Below are positions 7,968 through 15,965 of a stretch of DNA of 20,161 bases, piece by piece. The first letter of the stretch is position 1; every line of letters starts with the position of its first letter. A program made the translations under genes and the position numbers. The stretch is from NCBI GenBank assembly GCA_024405635.1, contig JAKSOL010000031.1, forward strand, positions 1 to 20,161. The letters are read 5' to 3'. This DNA comes from Salinivirgaceae bacterium (GTDB lineage Bacteria; Bacteroidota; Bacteroidia; Bacteroidales; SZUA-534). The notes below the pieces were generated by a model. The model was not told the DNA's origin and did no database searches. It saw nothing but the letters and a program-made list of their open reading frames with translations.

Positions 7968-7975
7968 CAAAACTA
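7968..7975 (-). promoter_or_regulatory. Bacteroidota primary-sigma -7 element (TAnnTTTG) for the porin operon
   Basis: Minus strand TAGTTTTG, 28 bp upstream of ATG 7939; TTGA lies about 20 bp further upstream (7995-7998). Confidence 0.55.
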
Positions 7976-7998
7976 TTGTCATAAAAAAGGTGCGTCAA

Positions 7999-8075
7999 TA
8001 CTCATGGTTAGGTATATTGTTATATGCCTAATAGTCAGTTTTGGGTATAATAGCGTGAAAAGGATAGGTATAATA
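7999..8075. promoter_or_regulatory. Candidate regulator-binding region: 7-2-7 NarL-like site, overlapping inverted repeat and repeated half-sites
   Basis: TACTCAT-gg-TTAGGTA at 7999-8014; inverted repeat TTAGGTATAT-tgtt-ATATGCCTAA at 8008-8031; GGTATAATA direct repeat at 8044-8052 and 8067-8075. Confidence 0.5.
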
Positions 8076-8499
8076 AAGCGTGATTATGTCGCTATTTACT
8101 CATTGACAATCAAAACTTATTGGTACAAAATATCCCGAAATAAGGAAATAAAGCCCCATGAAAACCGATGCATTAACTGAATTGAAGTGCCATATTCACG
8201 GCATCTTGTCGTTTGTGTTTTCCAATGAATAACCCCGCGATTAATAAGGAGAATAGAGCATTGCAGCATGACGAAAAAACAACCAAAACAGTAAATCTCG
8301 CTTTAAGATTATCGAGATAGAATAGTGTTTTTATTGTTTTGAGTATAGGCAGTTTAACAATTCAAATAGTTACAACGTATGAGTTCAAATTGTAATATTT
8401 TGTATTGTCAGTAGAAAGGTTATACAATTATTTGTTTGCAAATCGATATACCCCAAAAACTTGCAACCAAATAGATTGTAGTGCAAAAAGTAGAATAAA

Positions 8500-9069
8500 T
8501 CACTTGTATTTTAGCAACAAACGGCGGCGACCAACCGATTCGTTTTCGCCATAAAAAGTGCTACGGTTTACAAATCGTATCGACTCGATTGTATATATAG
8601 CCGAAGGATCAAGTTCCTTAACCAATTCGGCAACTTTGTCAACCATTCGGCGAGTTACAATAAGGTATAGGATTGATACTTCGCCATTTAGTCCGTTAGC
8701 TTTAGTTACAGTTGCGCCAAATCCTTTTGATCTTAAAGAGTCGGCAAGGCTAAAATCGGTTCGTGTACTGATGATGCGAATTAGCTCGTGACCAAGTGCA
8801 AGTTTACTTTCAATTATCATTCCAATGTAGTTGCCAGTTGCAAATCCGGCAGCATAACCAATGTAACAAGCCCAATTATCAATATTTTGAATAATGTTGC
8901 TAATGGCAACAACCCATATTAGGGTTTCAATAAAACCACATATAGGAGCAAGTTTTTTGTAACCTTTTGCTACCAATATAATACGGACAGTGCCAATGCT
9001 AACATCGGTAATGCGAGCTACAAAAATTAGTAGCGGAAGAATAATATACGAGTAGTAGTCAAAATTCAA
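8500..9069 (-). CDS. DUF2179/UPF0316 (YebE-like) membrane protein
   Basis: LLIFVARITDVSIGTVRII, GFIETLIWV and YAAGFATGNYIG TM region, followed by a soluble GFGATV...DPSAIYTIE C-domain; TTG start 6 bp after the siaC-like stop. Confidence 0.85.
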   Translation of the reverse strand: MNFDYYSYIILPLLIFVARITDVSIGTVRIILVAKGYKKLAPICGFIETLIWVVAISNIIQNIDNWACYIGYAAGFATGNYIGMIIESKLALGHELIRIISTRTDFSLADSLRSKGFGATVTKANGLNGEVSILYLIVTRRMVDKVAELVKELDPSAIYTIESIRFVNRSTFYGENESVGRRRLLLKYK

Positions 9070-9075
9070 GGCTTT

Positions 9076-9462
9076 TTATCTTTTGTAAAAACGCTCAAGT
9101 ATAACAAATGGAATGGTTACTAATGTTGAGTAATGTTCGCCACGTTTTTGAGATTCAACATCGCCTTCTTCATAATACCAACGTATGCGAGTGCCACGCG
9201 TTGTAGCATCAAGTTCATCAAGGCGAAGCAACAATGTTGACAATTGCTTTATCGATGATGAGTTTAGGTATTCAAAATCGAGACCTATAACGGTGTTCTC
9301 GTTAGGATTCTTGTAGTATTCTTCAAACCACGCTATTATTTGTGCGTAGAATTTTGCTGGATCTTCAGGTAGCGAGCGCCCACTTATTAGAAATATGTTG
9401 TTTTCATCATCGAGGCAAACCTCTGGGGTTACTGAGTTGCCTTCAATTTTTAGCGGTTTCAT
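9076..9462 (-). CDS. siaC: SiaC-family (DUF1987) regulatory phosphoprotein
   Basis: TPEV, ISGRSLPEDPAKFY, FEYLNSSSIK and IRWYYEEGD motifs; 128 aa; directly downstream of a SiaB-like gene. Confidence 0.85.
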   Translation of the reverse strand: MKPLKIEGNSVTPEVCLDDENNIFLISGRSLPEDPAKFYAQIIAWFEEYYKNPNENTVIGLDFEYLNSSSIKQLSTLLLRLDELDATTRGTRIRWYYEEGDVESQKRGEHYSTLVTIPFVILERFYKR

Positions 9463-9468
9463 TTTTTT

Positions 9469-10554
9469 CTATACGGGAATTTGGATGTGTAGTATTGATA
9501 GGTTGTTGTCAATTCTCTTTACGTTATATTCAATGCGCGAACTGCCGTGCATTCTTATGTCGCATAGGCCAATTCCTTTGTCGCCAACAAGATTATTATT
9601 GTAATAGGCTTCAAGTTCCGATTGGCTCATGTTGTTCAACTTCTCAATAAATTCACATGTCGATGCAACATTTTCGTTCTTTATGTAATTAATTGTGTTG
9701 AGTTTAAACTCGTTTTTTATGTCTTCAATAAAAAACATGCCTTCGGTTTCATCGTTGCCCGAATAACCATGTTGGGTAATGTTTTGCAACATTTCCGACA
9801 TAATATAATATATGCGTTTGCGAAGTTGAATGTCAAGTTCGCTAATGTGCTCTTCAATAATCGACAAAAGGCTGATACGAGTGTCTTGGTTTATTTTGCC
9901 GTTAAAAATCGAAAGAATGTTGTTTTCGCTCGAAATTTTATAAACCTCTTTTATGTCCAAAAGCGTGTTGCGTGCTTCTTTTATTTGGTTGTCGTTGTAG
10001 GTAAGGCCCGAAACAAGAAAAAAGTACGATTGTGTGTCGTCAATTTTTACAAAGTCGTAAATCAGTTTGCTGCCCGATTTGCGAGCCATTTCAATTAAGC
10101 CTAATCCCGCGCCGCCTTTGTTCGATATTTGGTTGTTGTTTAGCACTTGACGATACAATGCTTTCAATTCTTCGTCTGTTGTGCTGTTCACATTGTCAAG
10201 TTTTTCCTTCAAGGCGGGAATATTTTCGTTCAAAATACTATTGCCAGTTGTAATAATGTATCTGCTGCCTGTATTTTGAGTTACAAAGAAACCAGGAACA
10301 TCGCCTCCATATTTTAAAACATTACTCTCTTGATGTCGGGTTATGTTTTGCAAACCTTCAACAAGGACAATAAAAGCACGCTTGCGAATTTTTGTATCGC
10401 AATTCATACCATTCATGCAATCTTGAATAAGTAGCGTTATGTTGTCCGAAATTTTGTTTGTAAACAACCCGCGAAAGGCATATTCCATGCTATTTCGCTG
10501 CATCGTATCAAACAATGTAAATTCAAATTTGTTTTCGGTTTGGCTTGCCTCCAT
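9469..10554 (-). CDS. siaB: SiaB-family (DUF6272) GHKL-type Ser/Thr protein kinase with two tandem SiaB-like domains
   Basis: Repeat 1: KRAFIVLVEGLQNITRH...GGAGLGLIEMARKSG. Repeat 2: KRIYYIMSEMLQNITQH...KGIGLCDIRMHG. Start reassigned to ATG 10554 because TTG 10581 lies inside a -7 promoter motif. Confidence 0.83.
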   Translation of the reverse strand: MEASQTENKFEFTLFDTMQRNSMEYAFRGLFTNKISDNITLLIQDCMNGMNCDTKIRKRAFIVLVEGLQNITRHQESNVLKYGGDVPGFFVTQNTGSRYIITTGNSILNENIPALKEKLDNVNSTTDEELKALYRQVLNNNQISNKGGAGLGLIEMARKSGSKLIYDFVKIDDTQSYFFLVSGLTYNDNQIKEARNTLLDIKEVYKISSENNILSIFNGKINQDTRISLLSIIEEHISELDIQLRKRIYYIMSEMLQNITQHGYSGNDETEGMFFIEDIKNEFKLNTINYIKNENVASTCEFIEKLNNMSQSELEAYYNNNLVGDKGIGLCDIRMHGSSRIEYNVKRIDNNLSILHIQIPV

Positions 10555-10578
10555 CAATTTGTAATAATGAATACACGT

Positions 10579-10586
10579 CAAAAGTA
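10579..10586 (-). promoter_or_regulatory. Bacteroidota -7 promoter element for the siaB-like operon
   Basis: Minus strand TACTTTTG matches TAnnTTTG, 24 bp upstream of ATG 10554. Confidence 0.5.
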
Positions 10587-10824
10587 AGAATCTTACTCAC
10601 AAATCATATTAAAAAATGATATCCAAATTTACTTATTTTTTAACCAGAAATTGAATGTGTTTGCGTTGTAAATATTTTGATTTATAGATGATTAACATTT
10701 TTAATAAAAATGAAACCGATTGCATATTTTTTAGTTAAACTTGTGTTAAAGCAACATTTTGTTGTAACAAAATAGCAATTTGTGCGTTTGCTTTGTGTTT
10801 GTTTTCTTGAATGAATTATAAAAT

Positions 10825-11946
10825 ATGAAAAACCTTTTTTATTGTTTGTTGTCCGCTGTAATTGGTGGCTTTGTTTCTGTAGGCGTGATTAGTAAAATCG
10901 AAAAAAAACAAGCTAATCCTGTTTCGGTACCCCCTGTAGTTGTTCCAACAAATCTTTCAACTGTTGCCGATTTTACGGTTGCTGCGCAAAAAACAGTAGA
11001 TGCTGTTGTGCATGTTAAAATACGTTCGCAGCAAAATTCGTACGAAAACATTTTTCTTAACTATATTTTTGGTCATACTAATCGCTCATCAGAGCAAGCT
11101 CCTGTTGTTTCGTCGGGTAGTGGAGTTATAGTGTCGCCCGATGGATATATAGTTACAAACAATCATGTGGTTGAAGGCGCAAGGTTGCTAGAGGTGGTTT
11201 TAAATGATAAACGAACTTTCAATGCTAGTATAGTAGGTTGCGACCCAACAACCGATATCGCACTTTTGAAAATTGATGGCACAAATTTTCCATTTATGGA
11301 GTGGGGCGATTCTGAATCGTTAAAAGTAGGCGAGTGGGTTTTGGCTGTTGGTAATCCGTTTAACTTGGCATCAACTGTAACTGCTGGCATTGTAAGCGCC
11401 AAGGCTCGTAGTATAAATGTGATAAATAAAAATGCAGCTATTGAGGCTTTTATTCAAACCGATGCAGCTGTTAATCCTGGCAATAGCGGTGGCGCTTTGG
11501 TAAATGTTAAAGGCGAGTTGATAGGAATAAATACTGCTATTGAAAGTCCAACAGGTACTTTTTCGGGATACTCGTTTGCCGTACCCGAACGCATTGCTCG
11601 CAAAGTGGTTGCTGACTTAAAAGAATTTGGCAAAGTACAGCGCGCGTTTATTGGTGTTAGCATAACCGAAAATAATGCACAATTGGCCAAACAAATGGGT
11701 ATAGGCACATTAAAAGGCGTTTATGTTACTGCCGTTGCTGAAGGTGGCGCTGCCAAGGCTGCAGGAATATGTTCTGGCGATGTGATTTTGAGTATTGATG
11801 GAAATGAGGTGAATAAAGTGTCGGAACTACAACAACAAGTTGGTTCTCGTCGTCCAGGAGAGCAGGTTGAAGTTTTGGTTTTCCGCAACGGAAACGAGGT
11901 TAAAATGACCATTGTTTTGCGTGGGGCCGATGCTATGGTAATGTAA
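10825..11946 (+). CDS. htrA: HtrA/DegP-family (Do) serine protease with a single PDZ domain and N-terminal membrane anchor
   Basis: Catalytic triad motifs TNNHVV, DIALLKI and GNSGGAL; SGSGVI and IQTDAAVNPG; one C-terminal PDZ (RAFIGV...GDVILSIDG). Confidence 0.93.
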   Translation: MKNLFYCLLSAVIGGFVSVGVISKIEKKQANPVSVPPVVVPTNLSTVADFTVAAQKTVDAVVHVKIRSQQNSYENIFLNYIFGHTNRSSEQAPVVSSGSGVIVSPDGYIVTNNHVVEGARLLEVVLNDKRTFNASIVGCDPTTDIALLKIDGTNFPFMEWGDSESLKVGEWVLAVGNPFNLASTVTAGIVSAKARSINVINKNAAIEAFIQTDAAVNPGNSGGALVNVKGELIGINTAIESPTGTFSGYSFAVPERIARKVVADLKEFGKVQRAFIGVSITENNAQLAKQMGIGTLKGVYVTAVAEGGAAKAAGICSGDVILSIDGNEVNKVSELQQQVGSRRPGEQVEVLVFRNGNEVKMTIVLRGADAMVM

Positions 11947-12017
11947 TTTGCTTTTCTTTTTTCCTGATACTCAAACCATAACGCAATTAATTTATGATTT
12001 AGCAAAAAAATAATTGA

Positions 12018-12025
12018 TATTTTTG
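12018..12025 (+). promoter_or_regulatory. Candidate -7 promoter element for rpoD
   Basis: TATTTTTG(CA) matches TAnnTTTG in the htrA-rpoD intergenic region. Confidence 0.45.
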
Positions 12026-12136
12026 CAACCCTTTTTAGCGCACTACGTATAAGGGGGAGTTTTTTCATAACAATGTATATGCTCATAAGTTGATTTAGCC
12101 GTACATTGCGTATTTTTTTAACTATTATTTTTTGAA

Positions 12137-12997
12137 ATGAGACAACTTAAAATCACAAAGTCAATCACTAATCGTGAGAGTGCATCACTTGATAAATATT
12201 TGCAAGAGATTGGTAAAGAGGGGTTGATTACCGTTGAGGAAGAAGTAGAACTTGCACAACGCATCCGTAAGGGTGATCGTTTGGCTCTTGAAAAACTAAC
12301 CAAGGCTAACTTGCGTTTTGTGGTTTCGGTTGCTAAACAATACCAAAATCAAGGTTTAAGCTTGCCCGACCTTATTAACGAGGGTAATCTTGGCTTGATT
12401 AAAGCTGCTGAAAAGTTTGACGAAACCAGGGGTTTTAAATTTATCTCTTATGCTGTATGGTGGATTCGTCAATCAATTCTTCAAGCTTTGGCAGAACAAT
12501 CGCGTATTGTGCGTTTGCCATTAAACCAAGTTGGTTCGTTGAACAAAATCAATAAGGCTTTCTCAAAATTTGAGCAAGAAAATGAACGCCAACCTACTAA
12601 CGAAGAGTTGGCTACTATGCTTGACTTGCCAAAAGAAAAAATTGCCGATACTTTGCGCGTGTCGGGTCGTCATACTTCAATTGATGCTCCATTTGTTGAT
12701 GGTGAGGACAATAGCTTGCTCGATGTTATTGAAAATAAAGATAGTCCAGTAGCTGACGAATTGTTGATGAACGAGTCGTTGAGCCGTGAAATTGAGCGTG
12801 CCTTGGCTACCCTTACCGAGCGTGAGCGCGATATTATTCGTTTGTTCTTTGGCATCTCTTGCCAAGAGATGACACTTGAAGAGATTGGCGAAAAATTTGG
12901 TCTTACTCGCGAACGTGTTCGCCAAATTAAAGAGAAGGCTATTCGTCGTTTGCGCCACACTTCGCGTAGCAAATTGCTTAAAACATATTTGGGTTAA
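12137..12997 (+). CDS. rpoD: Primary RNA polymerase sigma-70 factor, short Bacteroidota type lacking region 1.1
   Basis: [15 protein letters not shown] start; region 2 [23 protein letters not shown] and [14 protein letters not shown]; region 4 [23 protein letters not shown]; 286 aa. Confidence 0.97.
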   Translation: MRQLKITKSITNRESASLDKYLQEIGKEGLITVEEEVELAQRIRKGDRLALEKLTKANLRFVVSVAKQYQNQGLSLPDLINEGNLGLIKAAEKFDETRGFKFISYAVWWIRQSILQALAEQSRIVRLPLNQVGSLNKINKAFSKFEQENERQPTNEELATMLDLPKEKIADTLRVSGRHTSIDAPFVDGEDNSLLDVIENKDSPVADELLMNESLSREIERALATLTERERDIIRLFFGISCQEMTLEEIGEKFGLTRERVRQIKEKAIRRLRHTSRSKLLKTYLG

Positions 12998-13017
12998 TAA
13001 AAAACTTATATGTCAAA

Positions 13018-13058
13018 ATAAAAAAGCCCGGTTGGTTATCCAATCGGGCTTTATTTTT
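13018..13058. terminator. Bidirectional intrinsic terminator between the convergent rpoD and clpC genes
   Basis: AAAAAGCCCGGTTGG-TTAT-CCAATCGGGCTTTATTTTT, with an A-tract and a T-tract on either side. Confidence 0.9.
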
Positions 13059-13076
13059 GTGTTATTGTTGATGATG

Positions 13077-15701
13077 TTATTCGTCAATATTGTTTTCGTC
13101 AGCATCTTTTTTCGATTTGTGTTTTTCTATTTTGAATTTGATGCAATTGTCTTTTTTGTCAAATGTGCAGCTTATTGTATCACCATCAACCATTTCGGCC
13201 TTCAAAATAGTTTCAGCAAGTTCGTCTTCTAAATACTTCTGAATGGCACGTTTAAGAGGGCGAGCACCATATTGAACATCGTAGCCTTTTTCGGTAATAA
13301 AGTCTTTTGCTTTTGGCGATATGCGCAAGTTGTAGCCAAGTTGGTTAATGCGGCTGTATAGACCTTTAAGCTCAATGTCAATAATCTTGTGAATGTCGTC
13401 CTTAGTTAGTTGATTGAACATTATCACATCGTCGATGCGGTTCAAAAACTCTGGGGCAAATGCATTTTTTAGTGCTTTTTCAATCACACCTTTTGCCATG
13501 TCGTTTTCAGAGTTTATGCGGCTTGTGCTTGAAAAACCAACACCAGTGCCAAATTCTTTAAGTTGGCGAGAACCAATGTTCGATGTTAAAATGATGATTG
13601 TATTTCTAAAATCAACATGACGACCAAGGCTATCGGTTAATCGACCTTCGTCAAGTACTTGTAACAAAATGTTAAACACGTCGGGGTGTGCTTTTTCAAT
13701 CTCGTCAAGCAAAACCACAGAGTATGGTTTGCGGCGTACTTTTTCGGTTAGTTGACCACCTTCTTCGTAACCTACATATCCTGGAGGCGCACCAACAAGT
13801 CGCGATACTGCAAATTTTTCCATGTATTCGCTCATGTCGATGCGAATAAGGGCGTCGTCGCTATCAAATAGGTATTTTGAAAGCACTTTACCAAGTTGGG
13901 TTTTTCCAACGCCTGTAGGACCTAAAAATATGAATGTGCCAATTGGTTTATTGGGGTCTTTTAGTCCTGCTCGGTTGCGTTGAATTGATTTTACAATTTT
14001 GGCAATGGCTTCGTCTTGACCAATTACACTGCCTTTAAGCTCTTCGCCCATTTTGAGCAGTCGGTTTCCTTCGTTTTGCGCAATTCGTTTCACAGGTACA
14101 CCGGTCATCATTGCAACCACTTCGGCTACATTGTCGGCAGTTACTGTTTCGCGGTGCGAGGCCAATTCTTCTTCCCATTTCTTTTTTTCTTCTTCAAGTT
14201 GCGATAAGCATTTTTTCTCCTCATCGCGAAAACTTGCAGCGGCTTCAAATAGTTGGCTTTCAACAGCTGCTTTTTTCTTGGCTCTGTATTCTTCTACCTT
14301 TTTTTCTATCTCAGAGATAATGCTTGGTACGTGAATGTTTGAAATGTGAACTCGCGAACCGGCTTCGTCAAGTGCGTCTATTGCTTTGTCGGGTAGGTGA
14401 CGGTCAGAAATGTAGCGTGTGGTGAGTTGAACACACGCATCAATGGCTTCTGGCGAGTAAATTACATTGTGGTGCTCTTCATATCGAGGTTTAATGTTGT
14501 TTAAAATCTCAATAGTTTCTTCTTCTGAAGTTGGCATAACCATCACTTTTTGGAATCGACGTTCAAGTGCACCGTCTTTTTCAATGTATTTGCGATATTC
14601 GTCGTGAGTGGTGGCTCCAATGCATTGTATTTCGCCGCGTGCTAATGCAGGTTTTAGCATGTTTGCTGCATCGAGTGATCCGGTTGAGCCTCCTGCACCA
14701 ACAATGGTGTGAATCTCATCAATAAATAGAATTATGTTTGGATTTCGTTGTAGTTCATTCAAAATGGCTTTCATGCGCTCTTCAAACTGTCCACGATATT
14801 TTGTTCCTGCAACTATAGCGGCCAAATCAAGAGCAACAATGCGTTTGCCAAATAGAATGCGCGACACTCGTTTTTGAACAATGCGCAAAGCCATGCCTTC
14901 GGCAATGGCCGATTTTCCAACACCGGGTTCGCCAATTAAAACTGGGTTGTTCTTTTTACGGCGGCTTAAAATTTGTGCCAATCGCTCAATTTCGGTTTCG
15001 CGACCAACTACAGGGTCAAGTCTATTTTCTTCGGCAGCGCGTGTTAAATCGATGCCAAAATTGTCAAGCACAGGAGTGTCGGAGTTTGTGGCGTTTTTAC
15101 CTACCGATTTTCTTATAGGGCCACGTGGTCCAGCAAATTCATCGTCATTGTCATCATCATCTTCTTCGTTGTTGTCATCTTCGCTGTCGTTTGAATTGCT
15201 GAAGTTTTGATTTTCAATTGGTTTGGGTTTATGAGGTTGAGCTGGAGATTGCTGATTTTTTGTATTGTTTGCAATAATCTCTTTTAGCATTTGATAGGTA
15301 ACGTTCATGTCGTTTAGCAAGGCCGATGCGTGGCTCACTATGTTGTCGCGTAGTATGGCTAACATTAAGTGTCCTGAATTAACGTTGTTGCTATGGTCAG
15401 CGCGTGCTTCAAGATAAACTATTGTTAGTGCACGTTCTGTTTGCTTGTCAAAAGGAAGTTCAAGATTGTCGTCGTAACTGCGTGTAGGTTCATTGTTTCG
15501 CAATTTTGCATCAAGTTCTTGTTTTAAGGTTGGAATGTCAACCCCAGCAATGTTAAGCGAATCAATAGCAATGCCTTCGTTTTCGCGTAATATGCCAAGA
15601 AAAAGATGATCAACAGTTATGCTGTCGTTGTTTAATCTAATAGCTTCTTCCTTGCTGTAAATGAGAATGTTGTTAATTCTTGGGGAGAATTTTGAATTCA
15701 T
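13077..15701 (-). CDS. clpC: ATP-dependent Clp protease ATP-binding subunit ClpC
   Basis: Clp N-domain repeats ([18 protein letters not shown]); NBD1 [15 protein letters not shown]; short UvrB/C-type M-domain ([11 protein letters not shown]); NBD2 [17 protein letters not shown]; ClpP-docking loop GVGF; YGARPL. Confidence 0.96.
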   Translation of the reverse strand: MNSKFSPRINNILIYSKEEAIRLNNDSITVDHLFLGILRENEGIAIDSLNIAGVDIPTLKQELDAKLRNNEPTRSYDDNLELPFDKQTERALTIVYLEARADHSNNVNSGHLMLAILRDNIVSHASALLNDMNVTYQMLKEIIANNTKNQQSPAQPHKPKPIENQNFSNSNDSEDDNNEEDDDDNDDEFAGPRGPIRKSVGKNATNSDTPVLDNFGIDLTRAAEENRLDPVVGRETEIERLAQILSRRKKNNPVLIGEPGVGKSAIAEGMALRIVQKRVSRILFGKRIVALDLAAIVAGTKYRGQFEERMKAILNELQRNPNIILFIDEIHTIVGAGGSTGSLDAANMLKPALARGEIQCIGATTHDEYRKYIEKDGALERRFQKVMVMPTSEEETIEILNNIKPRYEEHHNVIYSPEAIDACVQLTTRYISDRHLPDKAIDALDEAGSRVHISNIHVPSIISEIEKKVEEYRAKKKAAVESQLFEAAASFRDEEKKCLSQLEEEKKKWEEELASHRETVTADNVAEVVAMMTGVPVKRIAQNEGNRLLKMGEELKGSVIGQDEAIAKIVKSIQRNRAGLKDPNKPIGTFIFLGPTGVGKTQLGKVLSKYLFDSDDALIRIDMSEYMEKFAVSRLVGAPPGYVGYEEGGQLTEKVRRKPYSVVLLDEIEKAHPDVFNILLQVLDEGRLTDSLGRHVDFRNTIIILTSNIGSRQLKEFGTGVGFSSTSRINSENDMAKGVIEKALKNAFAPEFLNRIDDVIMFNQLTKDDIHKIIDIELKGLYSRINQLGYNLRISPKAKDFITEKGYDVQYGARPLKRAIQKYLEDELAETILKAEMVDGDTISCTFDKKDNCIKFKIEKHKSKKDADENNIDE

Positions 15702-15914
15702 ATTTTGCTATCATTTTCAAATTGTGCGAATTTAATCAAAATAAATAGAGGTATAGTTTATAAAAGCAAAAGTCAACAAGTTAAAAAAGGGCAATTCGGC
15801 AAACCGTAGTCGCGTCATTGGGGCAAATAAAATTAAGGTTTTTGTAAACATTAAATGTTGATAAATACATGGTATTTGTGACCGTTAGATAAAGGCTGAG
15901 AGCGTTTGTTTTAG

Positions 15915-15922
15915 TATATTTG
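15915..15922 (+). promoter_or_regulatory. Candidate -7 promoter element for gyrA
   Basis: TATATTTG, 43 bp upstream of the gyrA ATG. Confidence 0.5.
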
Positions 15923-15965
15923 AAGGTTAAAAATATGCAACATAACTAACTAAAAATCAATACAA

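Noticed and set aside
7854-8180. 108-aa plus-strand ORF
   Set aside because: Antisense to the porin 5' end and spans its promoter; no recognisable motifs.
8158-8232. 24-codon ORF MKTDALTELKCHIHGILSFVFSNE and a start-less hydrophobic minus-strand frame in the 7940-8499 gap
   Set aside because: No homology or expression evidence is visible, and such frames are expected by chance; a small gene or sRNA here cannot be excluded.
7940-8499. Fur box or riboswitch upstream of the putative iron operon
   Set aside because: No convincing GATAATGATAATCATTATC-like site and no cobalamin, TPP or FMN riboswitch core motifs were recognised.
10555-10581. TTG start for the SiaB-like gene
   Set aside because: It lies within the TACTTTTG -7 promoter motif; ATG 10554 is preferred.
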